From positions 129,276 through 153,275 of the forward strand of contig NZ_JAUASX010000003.1 in NCBI RefSeq assembly GCF_030345715.1: a stretch of 24,000 nucleotides of DNA, written 5' to 3'. The stretch is from Solimonas sp. SE-A11 (GTDB lineage: Bacteria; Pseudomonadota; Gammaproteobacteria; Nevskiales; Nevskiaceae). Below are positions 15,721-23,411 of this stretch, piece after piece; position 1 is the first letter of the stretch; each line of letters opens with the position of its first letter. The translations under genes were made by a program, and so were the position numbers. A model generated the notes under the pieces. That model did no database searches. It was not told where the DNA came from and saw only the letters and a program-made list of their open reading frames with translations.

Positions 15721-16494
15721 ATGAAGTACGGATTCCTGCTGGCCGTGGGTTTGCTCCTGAGTCTGCCGGCCCAGGCCGCCAAGGATGCCCACGAGGTCTT
15801 CGCCTGCATGAAGGCGAATATCCCGCAGACCCTGCGCATCCAGGAGATCCAGCTCGACGCCACCGACCGCAGCGGCGGCGTGCGCAGCCTGCGCGGCAAG
15901 GTCTACGCCAAGCGCGAAGACGGCCTGGTCCGCGTCATGCTGCGCGTGTCCGAGCCGGCCAACGTTGCCGGTGCTGCCTACCTGGTGCGCGAGACCGGCC
16001 AGCGCGAGGACGACATGTACGTCTTCCTGCCGGCGGTAAACCGCGTGCGCCACGTCACCGGCAACTTCGCCAACGGCGCCCTGCTGGGCACCGACTTCTC
16101 CTACGTTGAGATCAAGCTAGTCCAGAACGCCTTCACCGGCGCCGCTGGCAGCCTGGAAGCACCCGAGAAGATCGACGGCCGCGGCACCGACGTGGTCACC
16201 ATCAAGTCGCCCAGCGGCGACAAGGCCGCCTACAGCCAGGTGAAGATCTGGGTGGACCAGCAGACCTGCGTCGCGCTCAAGGCCGAGTTCTTCAACGGCG
16301 GCGCGCCGGTGAAGCGCCTGACCGCTCCGGCCAGCAGTCTCAAGCAGACCGGCAAGCTCTGGTATGCCTCCGCCATGGAGATGCGCGACCTGAAGGAAGG
16401 CACCTTCACCACGCTGAACATCACCGGCGTGAGCAGCGACGTGAAGCTGGGCAACAAGCCTTTCGACCCGAATTCGTTCCATATCGGGCGCTGA
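15721..16494 (+). CDS. outer-membrane lipoprotein-sorting (LolA-like) family protein
   Basis: In-frame ATG at 15721 with GGGAGAGG upstream. Signal peptide MKYGFLLAVGLLLSLPAQA. MYVFLPAVNRVRHVTG...LLGTDFSYVEI matches the LolA_like family pattern. Confidence 0.65.
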   Translation: MKYGFLLAVGLLLSLPAQAAKDAHEVFACMKANIPQTLRIQEIQLDATDRSGGVRSLRGKVYAKREDGLVRVMLRVSEPANVAGAAYLVRETGQREDDMYVFLPAVNRVRHVTGNFANGALLGTDFSYVEIKLVQNAFTGAAGSLEAPEKIDGRGTDVVTIKSPSGDKAAYSQVKIWVDQQTCVALKAEFFNGGAPVKRLTAPASSLKQTGKLWYASAMEMRDLKEGTFTTLNITGVSSDVKLGNKPFDPNSFHIGR

Positions 16495-16505
16495 TTCACC
16501 CTGGC

Positions 16506-16536
16506 TGCTTCAGGCTGGTTTTCACCGGCCTGAAGC
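16506..16536. terminator. hairpin between convergent genes (weak terminator candidate)
   Basis: GCTTCAGGC (16506-16514) pairs with GCCTGAAGC (16528-16536) around a 13-nt loop. There is no clear U-tract on either strand. Confidence 0.3.
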
Positions 16537-16543
16537 GGGTTCC

Positions 16544-17137
16544 TCAAGCCGCCAGTGCCTGCTCCACCATGAACAGCCGGTCCTGCCCCCAGTAGAGTTG
16601 TCCGTTGACCACGAAGGTCGGCGCGCCGAAGGCGCCGCGAGCCAGGGCCTCGTCGGTGTTGGCGCGCAGCGCCGCCTTGGCCTCGTCGCTGGCGGCCAGC
16701 ACCATCATCGCCGCCGGATCGAATCCGGCCCGCTGCAGCACGCCCGCCACCACTTGCGGCTTGCTGAAGTCCTGCGCATCCACCCACATCGCGGTGTAGA
16801 TCGCGCGGTTGAAATCCTCGAAGCGCCGCGGCTCGCGCAGTTGCATGCCCGCCGCCGCCCGCATCAGTTCCAGGCCGTTGAAGGGGAAGAAGGGGTTGAT
16901 CGTCAGCGGCACGCCCCAGTGCTTTGCCCAACGGTTCAGGTCGGCGAACATGAATTTGGCCTTGGCCGGGATCGTCACCGGCGAGGCGTTGCCGGTGGCC
17001 TTGAACACGGCGCCAAGCAGGAAGGGCTTGTACACCAGCGTGGCGCCCTGCTCCGCGCAGATGCGCGCGATCTGCGTCCAGGCGAGATAGGCGGCGGGGC
17101 TGCCGAAGTCGTAGTAGAAGTCGACGGACTTGGTCAT
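16544..17137 (-). CDS. 2-hydroxychromene-2-carboxylate isomerase / DsbA-like (GST-kappa-like) thioredoxin-fold protein
   Basis: In-frame ATG at 17137 (MTKSVDFYYDFGSPAAYLAW). The DFxSPxxY N-terminal motif and the C-terminal GAPTFVVNGQLYWGQDRL are typical of this family. Confidence 0.8.
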   Translation of the reverse strand: MTKSVDFYYDFGSPAAYLAWTQIARICAEQGATLVYKPFLLGAVFKATGNASPVTIPAKAKFMFADLNRWAKHWGVPLTINPFFPFNGLELMRAAAGMQLREPRRFEDFNRAIYTAMWVDAQDFSKPQVVAGVLQRAGFDPAAMMVLAASDEAKAALRANTDEALARGAFGAPTFVVNGQLYWGQDRLFMVEQALAA

Positions 17138-17147
17138 GAGAGTGCTC

Positions 17148-17882
17148 TCACCAGGTTTCCATGTAGGGACGCAGGTCCAGTTCGAAGGTCCAGGCGTCGC
17201 GCGGCTGCGCATGCAGCTGCCAGTAGCTCTCGGCGATGTGCTCGGGCTTGAGGATGCCTTGCTTGGGCATGCGCTCGGCGTAGGCCTTGGGGAAGTTGTC
17301 GCGGATGAAGTCGGTGTCCACCATGCCGTCGATCACCACGTGGCCCACATGCACGCCCTTGGGCCCTAGCTCGCGCGCCATGCTCTGGGCCAGCGCGCGC
17401 AGTGCGTGCTTGGCGCCGGAGAAGGCCGCGAAGCCGGCCGCGCCGCGCATGCTGGCGGTGGCGCCGGTGAACAGGATCGTGCCGCGCCCGCGCCTTACCA
17501 TCCGCTGGGCCGCCTCGCGGCCGTTGAGGAAGCCGGCGAAGCAGGCCATCTCCCAGATCTTGAAGTACTTGCGCGCCGTCTCGTCGAGGATCGAGGACGG
17601 CACGTTGGCACCGACGTTGAACACCAGCACCTCCACGGGGCCGATGTCGCGCTCGATCTGTTCGAACAGCGCCGTGACTTCCTCCTCCTTGCGGGCGTCG
17701 GTGCCGAAGGCCTGGGCGCGGCCGCCAGAGGCGACGATCTGCGCCACCAGGGGCTGCAGCTTGTCGGCGCTGCGGCGCACGACGCAGGCGACGTAGCCCT
17801 CGCGGGCGAAGCGGCGGGCGATGGCCGCGCCGTTGCCGTCGCCGGCACCGATCACGAGGGCGACGCGGGGCGAATCGGTCAT
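17148..17882 (-). CDS. atypical SDR family oxidoreductase (catalytic Tyr replaced by Phe)
   Basis: VALVIGAGDGNGAAIA (variant Gly motif), FNVGAN (in place of NNAG) and AAFSGAKHAL where YxxxK is expected. SD GGAG lies 5 nt upstream. Confidence 0.8.
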   Translation of the reverse strand: MTDSPRVALVIGAGDGNGAAIARRFAREGYVACVVRRSADKLQPLVAQIVASGGRAQAFGTDARKEEEVTALFEQIERDIGPVEVLVFNVGANVPSSILDETARKYFKIWEMACFAGFLNGREAAQRMVRRGRGTILFTGATASMRGAAGFAAFSGAKHALRALAQSMARELGPKGVHVGHVVIDGMVDTDFIRDNFPKAYAERMPKQGILKPEHIAESYWQLHAQPRDAWTFELDLRPYMETW

Positions 17883-17909
17883 GGCGGCTCCGGGAGGGGG
17901 TGTGGGCCG

Positions 17910-17938
17910 ACAGTAAGTTCTAAAAAAGAACCTGTCAA
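17910..17938 (-). promoter_or_regulatory. sigma70-type promoter for the SDR / HCCA-isomerase genes
   Basis: On the minus strand: TTGACA (17938-17933), a 17-nt spacer, then TACTGT (17915-17910), 27 nt upstream of the ATG at 17882. The spacer contains GTTCT-N5-AGAAC. Confidence 0.5.
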
Positions 17939-17957
17939 ACCACGGTGCCGTAAAGGA

Positions 17958-18446
17958 TCAGGCGCGCTTTTTTCGGCGGCCGACCGCGTCGGCCAGCACC
18001 AGTCCGGGGCCGGGTAGGGGCGTGATCTCGTGCGCGTGGACGGCTTTACCGCAGTCCGGACAGCTGAGTTGCGGCGTCACGGTGTGGCCGCAAGGCTCGT
18101 GCCGGTAGAGCACAGGCGGACCCTTGCCCTCGTCCATGAAGGCATCGCCCCAGGCGGCCATCGAGATCAGCACCGGGTAGAGTTGCCGGCCCTTGGAGGT
18201 CAAGCGGTATTCGTAACGCGGCGGCGATTCCTGGTAGGGCGTGCGCGTCAGGATGCCCTCGTCGACCAGGCGCTTGAGGCGGCCGGCGAGCAGGTGGCGC
18301 GTGATGCCGAGGTTGGACTGGAAGTCCTCGAAGCGGCGGATGCGCAGGAAGGCGTTGCGCAGGATCAGGATCGTCCAGCGGTCGCCGATCACCGAGGCGG
18401 TGCGCGCGACCGAACAGGACAGGCTGCCGACTTCGCTCCATTTCAT
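17958..18446 (-). CDS. HxlR family winged-helix transcriptional regulator with Cys/His C-terminal extension
   Basis: CSVARTASVIGDRWTILILRN...RFEDFQSNLGITRHLLAGRLKRLVDEGIL...YEYRLTSKG is a classic HxlR signature. An extra ~45 aa tail carries CGH...CPDCG. Confidence 0.85.
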   Translation of the reverse strand: MKWSEVGSLSCSVARTASVIGDRWTILILRNAFLRIRRFEDFQSNLGITRHLLAGRLKRLVDEGILTRTPYQESPPRYEYRLTSKGRQLYPVLISMAAWGDAFMDEGKGPPVLYRHEPCGHTVTPQLSCPDCGKAVHAHEITPLPGPGLVLADAVGRRKKRA

Positions 18447-18551
18447 GGCGGTCAGTATAGGCCGATCCGCGTTCCTTTCGGGAACCCACGCCTTTCGTCG
18501 GCAGGATTTGTTGTGCAGACAGGGGCTTGGAGGGGTGTCGCCGAGTGGTCC

Positions 18552-18580
18552 TTGACGGCATTTGTGGCGGAACTTAGGCT
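18552..18580 (+). promoter_or_regulatory. candidate sigma70 promoter for the metal-dependent hydrolase gene
   Basis: TTGACG (18552-18557), a 17-nt spacer, then TAGGCT (18575-18580), about 50 nt upstream of the ATG at 18633. The -10 matches only the T1, A2 and T6 positions. Confidence 0.3.
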
Positions 18581-18632
18581 TAATGTGTCAGTCAACAATG
18601 TCACAGTAACCAAGATTCCCGAGGCTCCCAGC

Positions 18633-19490
18633 ATGAAAGCCAAGAAAGCCGTCCAGCCGACCCGTCGCGACCTCACGTTCAATCCGCCCGCGGAACACAT
18701 CCACGACTGGCTCGACGGCGGCGTGCACTTCACGCACCTGATGAACACCATGTCCCTGGTCATCCCGGTGGGCGAACGCTTCTTCATCGACGCCGTGCGT
18801 CACTACCGTGACCAGATCACCGATCCGGAACTCAAGAAGGCCGCCACTGCCTTCATCGGCCAGGAGGCCATGCACGGCCGCGAGCACGACGAGTACAACG
18901 AGCTGATGCACCAGCGCGTGAAGGGCTCCAAGGAATTCGAGGACAGCGTCACTGCGCTGCTCAACTGGGGCAAGAAGAACCTGCCGGCGTCCTCACGTCT
19001 GTCCGCCACCATCGCGCTGGAGCATCTCACTGCGATCATGGCCGACGGCTTCCTGACCTCGGAGTACATGAACGAGAAGTCCGAGAAGCACTACGGCGCG
19101 CTGTGGAAGTGGCATGCGCTGGAAGAGACCGAGCACAAGGGCGTGCCCTACGATATCTATGAGCAGGTGGTGGGCACCGGCCCGCGTGCCTATGCCGAGC
19201 GCACCTTGACCCTGGTGATCGCCACCGCGATCTTCTGGGGCAAGGTCATCCCCGCACATCTGTCGTTCGTGCGCGCCGAGGGCAAGCTGACCGATCTCAA
19301 GGGCTGGCGCGAGTTCTACCGTGTGGGCTTCGGCGAGGTGGGCTTCCTGCGCAAGATGATTCGTCCCTGGTTCAGCTATTTCAAGCCGGGCTTCCATCCC
19401 TGGGATCACGACAACAGCCACTTCCTGGAGGAAGTGGAAGGTCACTCCGCCCCCTGGATCACCAAGCGCAAGGTGCCGGCCGCGGCCTGA
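18633..19490 (+). CDS. predicted metal-dependent hydrolase (Metal_hydrol family)
   Basis: In-frame ATG at 18633 with GAGG 8 nt upstream. Motifs seen: GERFFIDAVRHYRDQITDPEL, IGQEAMHGREH, ALEHLTAIMAD and WHALEETEHKGV. Confidence 0.7.
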   Translation: MKAKKAVQPTRRDLTFNPPAEHIHDWLDGGVHFTHLMNTMSLVIPVGERFFIDAVRHYRDQITDPELKKAATAFIGQEAMHGREHDEYNELMHQRVKGSKEFEDSVTALLNWGKKNLPASSRLSATIALEHLTAIMADGFLTSEYMNEKSEKHYGALWKWHALEETEHKGVPYDIYEQVVGTGPRAYAERTLTLVIATAIFWGKVIPAHLSFVRAEGKLTDLKGWREFYRVGFGEVGFLRKMIRPWFSYFKPGFHPWDHDNSHFLEEVEGHSAPWITKRKVPAAA

Positions 19491-19515
19491 GCGCAAGCGA
19501 AGATAGCCGCTTCAA

Positions 19516-19548
19516 TGTAGGAGCCAGCAAGCTGGCTCCTACATTTTT
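19516..19548 (+). terminator. rho-independent terminator
   Basis: TGTAGGAGCCAGC-AA-GCTGGCTCCTACA is a near-perfect palindrome followed by TTTTT, 26 nt after the hydrolase stop. Confidence 0.75.
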
Positions 19549-19557
19549 GGGGCATCC

Positions 19558-20271
19558 CTACGGTCCCGGCGTCAGCCGGTACTGGCTGGTGGCCAGCACG
19601 TCGATCGTCCCCAGGTCCAGGAAGCGGCCGACGCTGGCCATCATCCGGTCCAGGTTGCGCTGGAACTTCTCCGCATCGCCCACGGCGTCGAAGAAGGCCT
19701 GGGGATCGGTCATCGCCTCGGGAGGAAAGCACTCCTCCACGACGGCGTCATAGGGCCGTGCGCCCGGCGTGAGTGCACGCACCACCACGTTCTGGCGATA
19801 CTCGAAGGTGGACTGGGTCTCGATGGCCACCGGCGTGTGCGTGTCATGCCAGACCGCCAGCCATTCGGCGTAGGGCAGGCGCTCCGGCTTCTTCAGTAGC
19901 GCGATCTGCGCGAAACCATGGGTGCGCAGGCCGGGCGTGGGCGCATGGCGCTTGTTGCGCAGCGGCTGCGACTCGGTGACGAGGTAGGCGTCATGGCGCG
20001 CCGTTGCCGCGCCGATCAGTGCATCGATCGGACGGCGGTGTAGCGCGATGGCGCTGTCCACCCAGATCTGTAGCAGGGCATCGGGTAGCGGCGCATGGGC
20101 GACCTGGCGGATGCCGGCGGCGGGAGCCACGTCGGCATCGTCGATGTTCAGTTGCAGGTGGTGCACGCCGGCCTGCTGCAACTGCGCGGCGAGCGGTCCA
20201 CGCCAGGCGGTCGCGAAGTCCGCCGTCGCCTGGCCCTCGGGCTTCCACAGCGTGTAGATGAGCTTCTCCAT
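19558..20271 (-). CDS. tandem EthD-like (dimeric alpha/beta-barrel) protein, function unknown
   Basis: In-frame ATG at 20271 with AGGAGGAG upstream. Both halves begin with EthD-like openings (MEKLIYTLWKPEGQATADFATAW and FAQIALLKKPERLPYAEWLAVW). The family call is tentative. Confidence 0.5.
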   Translation of the reverse strand: MEKLIYTLWKPEGQATADFATAWRGPLAAQLQQAGVHHLQLNIDDADVAPAAGIRQVAHAPLPDALLQIWVDSAIALHRRPIDALIGAATARHDAYLVTESQPLRNKRHAPTPGLRTHGFAQIALLKKPERLPYAEWLAVWHDTHTPVAIETQSTFEYRQNVVVRALTPGARPYDAVVEECFPPEAMTDPQAFFDAVGDAEKFQRNLDRMMASVGRFLDLGTIDVLATSQYRLTPGP

Positions 20272-20285
20272 GCGTCTCCTCCTGT

Positions 20286-21392
20286 TCAGCCTGCGCGCAG
20301 CGAATCCAGCGATACCACCCGGCAGCGTGGCTGCGGGTGCTCGCGGGCGTCGACCCAGCGCAGCAGCATGCCGCCGCGGTCGTGCCCGTCGGTATCGAGG
20401 TAGTTGGCCACGCCCGGATTCTCGGCGGCGATCACCAGCGTGACGCTGCCGTCGGCATTGCGCCGGGCGGCGTGGTGGTTGATGGCCACCGGGCGGTGCA
20501 GGGCATCCAGTGACTCCAGCCACCAGTTGGCCAGCTGGAAATTCCAGTAGGCACAGTCCGGCACCTCGGTGTCGATCACCAGGGCCTCGCCCGGGGCAAG
20601 CTGCCAGTAGCCGTGGTAGTAGCAGATCTTCGGATCGCCGCCGACACGCATGGCGGCCTCGGCGTAGGGTGCGGCCGCCAGCTGGTTGGGATGCGCCGCG
20701 ACCATCTCGGTCCAGTCCGCCACCAGCTTGAAGGTGCCCTGCACGAAGCCGGCCGCGCGCTGCAGGCCGGTCGCGAGCGTGGCCGCGTCCAGCGGGCGCG
20801 GGGCCTGCGGTGCGCCGATGCGCTCGATATGGAAGCTGCCGGGTGCTTCGCGGGCACGGTCGAAGAACGTCTCGCGCACGATCAGCATCGAGGAGTCGTC
20901 CGCCATCGGCAGCCAGTTGCCAGGGTTGGGTTGACGGCTGGCGACGATCTCGAAACTCCCGTCGGCCTCGAACTGCATCTGCGAGGCCTCCAGTTCGCCG
21001 GTGGAGGCCATGGTGCCGTCCACCGCGTAGCGGTTGGCCTTGGTGCCGAAGGACAGGTAGGGCGCCTCGCCACGGCGGCCGCTGATGCGGTACTCGCGGT
21101 CGCCCGCGATGGTGGCATTGGCGTAGCGGTTGTCGGGGTTGGGCAGGAAGACCTTGATGGTGTCGTCCGATGCCGCGTAGAACTGCGGGAAGTCCGGATC
21201 GCCGAACTCCAGCATCATCTGCAGGCCCAGCCGCGTGTAGCGGCTCAGGCAGCGCCAGGCCTCGGCACGATCCAGCTCCGTGGCCGGCGCGTCCGGCCGC
21301 AGGGCGATCCGCCCTGCGGCCTTCAGCGCGTCGCAGAAATCGACCCAGGCCTGACCCTGGTCCTGTTGAACGGGAGGGGCGGCCGGGGTCAT
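20286..21392 (-). CDS. DUF1214-like domain protein
   Basis: In-frame ATG at 21392, 7 nt after the SDR stop, with GAGG overlapping that stop. The C-terminal PDCAYWNFQLANWW...NADGSVTLVIAAENPG..NYL.T.G...GMLLRW parallels the DUF1214 pattern (FWSLTxY...DGSxTIxI...NWLP...RxY). No signal peptide. Confidence 0.6.
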   Translation of the reverse strand: MTPAAPPVQQDQGQAWVDFCDALKAAGRIALRPDAPATELDRAEAWRCLSRYTRLGLQMMLEFGDPDFPQFYAASDDTIKVFLPNPDNRYANATIAGDREYRISGRRGEAPYLSFGTKANRYAVDGTMASTGELEASQMQFEADGSFEIVASRQPNPGNWLPMADDSSMLIVRETFFDRAREAPGSFHIERIGAPQAPRPLDAATLATGLQRAAGFVQGTFKLVADWTEMVAAHPNQLAAAPYAEAAMRVGGDPKICYYHGYWQLAPGEALVIDTEVPDCAYWNFQLANWWLESLDALHRPVAINHHAARRNADGSVTLVIAAENPGVANYLDTDGHDRGGMLLRWVDAREHPQPRCRVVSLDSLRAG

Positions 21393-21399
21393 GTCCGCC

Positions 21400-22191
21400 T
21401 CAGGGCATGTACATGCCGCCGTTGGCGTCCAGCGCAGCGCCGGTGACGGCGCTGGCGTAGTCGGACACCAGGAACAGCGCGGCACGCGCGCACTCGTCGT
21501 CGGTGGGCATGCGGCCCAGCGGGATATTCTGCGCCACGCCCTGCACCAGCTGCTCCACCGGGATGCCCAGTTCCTTGGCCTGCCACTCCATGTAGCCCTG
21601 CACCGGCGCGCCCCACATCCAGCCCATGTGGATGGTGTTCACGCGGATGCCGTACGGACCCAGCTCCTTGGCCAGCCACTTGGAGGAGTTGGCCAGCGCG
21701 GCTTTGGAGGCGGCGTAGCCGGCTTCGCCCAGCGGCGGGATGGCGCGCACCGCCATGGTGTTGATCATGACCACGGCGCCGGACTTCTGGCTCTTCATCT
21801 GCGGGATCACGGCCTGCGTCAGCTTCAGCGTGCCGAACAGGTTGGTCTGCATCACCTCGTTCCAGGTGTCGAGGTTGGCGCTGGAGGCGTAGTCCATGTC
21901 GCCATGGAAGAACGCGCTGTTGACCAGAGCATCGACGCGACCGAAGGCCTTGGCAGCGGCAGCGGCCAGCGCGTCGCACTGCTCGCGGCTGGTGATGTCG
22001 CAGACCTGCTTCACGACCTTGGTCGACACGCCCAATGCCTTGATGCGCTTCTCCGCGTCGTCCAGCTTCTCGGCGGAGCGGGCGGCGACGACGACGCCGG
22101 CGGCACCCTCGCGGGCGGCCTCGACGGCGAGCTTCACACCCAGGCCGGGGCCGATGCCGGAAACGATGACGATCTTGTCCTTCAGTAGCAT
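21400..22191 (-). CDS. SDR family oxidoreductase
   Basis: Motifs seen: IVIVSGIGPGLG, a NSAF-type segment, YAASKAAL (YxxxK) and a C-terminal VTGAALDANGG. GAGGAG lies upstream. Confidence 0.85.
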   Translation of the reverse strand: MLLKDKIVIVSGIGPGLGVKLAVEAAREGAAGVVVAARSAEKLDDAEKRIKALGVSTKVVKQVCDITSREQCDALAAAAAKAFGRVDALVNSAFFHGDMDYASSANLDTWNEVMQTNLFGTLKLTQAVIPQMKSQKSGAVVMINTMAVRAIPPLGEAGYAASKAALANSSKWLAKELGPYGIRVNTIHMGWMWGAPVQGYMEWQAKELGIPVEQLVQGVAQNIPLGRMPTDDECARAALFLVSDYASAVTGAALDANGGMYMP

Positions 22192-22229
22192 GTTTTTCTC
22201 CTCGTGGTTTCTGAATGGCTGGCCGCGGT

Positions 22230-23408
22230 TCAGGCGGCGGAATCGATATAGGCGGCGCGGTAGTCCGCGAAGTCGCGCTTGAGCTGCGCCTCGGACAGGC
22301 CGAAATCCTCCGCCTTGTATTCATGCGCGCCGCGGCTGTCGCGGCGGTTCTGCTCCATCCAGCGCTGCATGGAGGTCTCGGCCTCGTCGGTCAGAGGCAA
22401 GCCGGCGAAGCCGTAGATCGCTTTCACCACCTCGAAGGGCTGCTTCACCGTATCGATGAAGCGCACATCGAGGAAAGTGCCCGGCTGGTCGTGGCCGCGG
22501 CGGACGTCCTGGGTGTGGTGGAAGGCACGCGCCATCAGCGTGCTCCACTCCTGGCCGGCGGCCACCGGGCTTGCGTCGGCGCCGTAGATGCACCACAGGG
22601 TGTGGATGAAGCTGGCGATGGACGGGATGGTGTCCACCGGGTCGCGGTGGGTCTGGATGACCTTGGCGCCGGGGAACTCGCGTAGCAGCAGGCGCATGCG
22701 CAGCAGATGGTGCGGCGCCTTGAGCACCCAGCGGCTGGCGACCACGCCGCGCTGGCGCTTCTGCCATTGCAGGAACTTGAGCACGCGCTTGAGGTAGTCG
22801 TAGGCCGGCTTCTCGTCGATGGAGTGCAGCCAGTCCATGTACGACGGCACGTGAACATAGGCATTGAACGCAGCCATGAAGGAGTGCTCCATCAGCATCA
22901 CCTCCTCGTCGGCCTGGTCGGCATCCATCGGGTGCATCGACATCAGCTTGGGCATGGCCTCGACCATCACCGCGACTTCACCGCGGGCACGCTCGATGCG
23001 CTGCGACGGGTCCGACACCGCCTCGCCGGGGAAGGGTACCGGGTAGCGCGACTCCCACCAGGGCATCGAGTACAGGTGCGGATCGGCCGCTAGCACGCGC
23101 TGCAGCAGCGTGGTGCCGGTGCGCGGCAGGCCCACGATCACGATCGGCGCCTGAATCTGCTCGTCCTCGATCTCCGGGTGCCGCTTGAAGAACTGCTCGA
23201 TGCGCAGGCGGTTGACCAGCAGCTCCACGAACTTGCCGTGCAGCAGCTGGCGGCCCAGGTCGGAGAGATTGGCTTCGCGTTCCAGCGAGTCGCACAGCAC
23301 CTCCAGCGCCTTGCGGAAGGACGGATCGCCGAAGTCGGTGAGCCCGCCGGATTGTGCGGTGGCGGCAGCCAGCAGGGCCGGCGGGTCGAAGCGGAGTTCT
23401 GCGGTCAT
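22230..23408 (-). CDS. PAPS-dependent sulfotransferase family protein
   Basis: IVIVGLPRTGTTLLQRVL is the 5'-phosphosulfate-binding loop. VIQTHRDPVDTIPS is a 3'-phosphate-binding RDPxDxxxS-type motif. 392 aa. Confidence 0.8.
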   Translation of the reverse strand: MTAELRFDPPALLAAATAQSGGLTDFGDPSFRKALEVLCDSLEREANLSDLGRQLLHGKFVELLVNRLRIEQFFKRHPEIEDEQIQAPIVIVGLPRTGTTLLQRVLAADPHLYSMPWWESRYPVPFPGEAVSDPSQRIERARGEVAVMVEAMPKLMSMHPMDADQADEEVMLMEHSFMAAFNAYVHVPSYMDWLHSIDEKPAYDYLKRVLKFLQWQKRQRGVVASRWVLKAPHHLLRMRLLLREFPGAKVIQTHRDPVDTIPSIASFIHTLWCIYGADASPVAAGQEWSTLMARAFHHTQDVRRGHDQPGTFLDVRFIDTVKQPFEVVKAIYGFAGLPLTDEAETSMQRWMEQNRRDSRGAHEYKAEDFGLSEAQLKRDFADYRAAYIDSAA

Positions 23409-23411
23409 GGA

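Noticed and set aside
20286-21485. Upstream start at 21485 for the DUF1214-like gene (similarly 157 for the hydrolase, 15679 for the LolA-like gene and 17212 for the HCCA isomerase)
   Set aside because: The extensions overlap the neighbouring gene or lack an SD, and they read as Arg/Cys/Pro-rich junk. The internal ATGs have SD sequences and give sensible N-termini or signal peptides.
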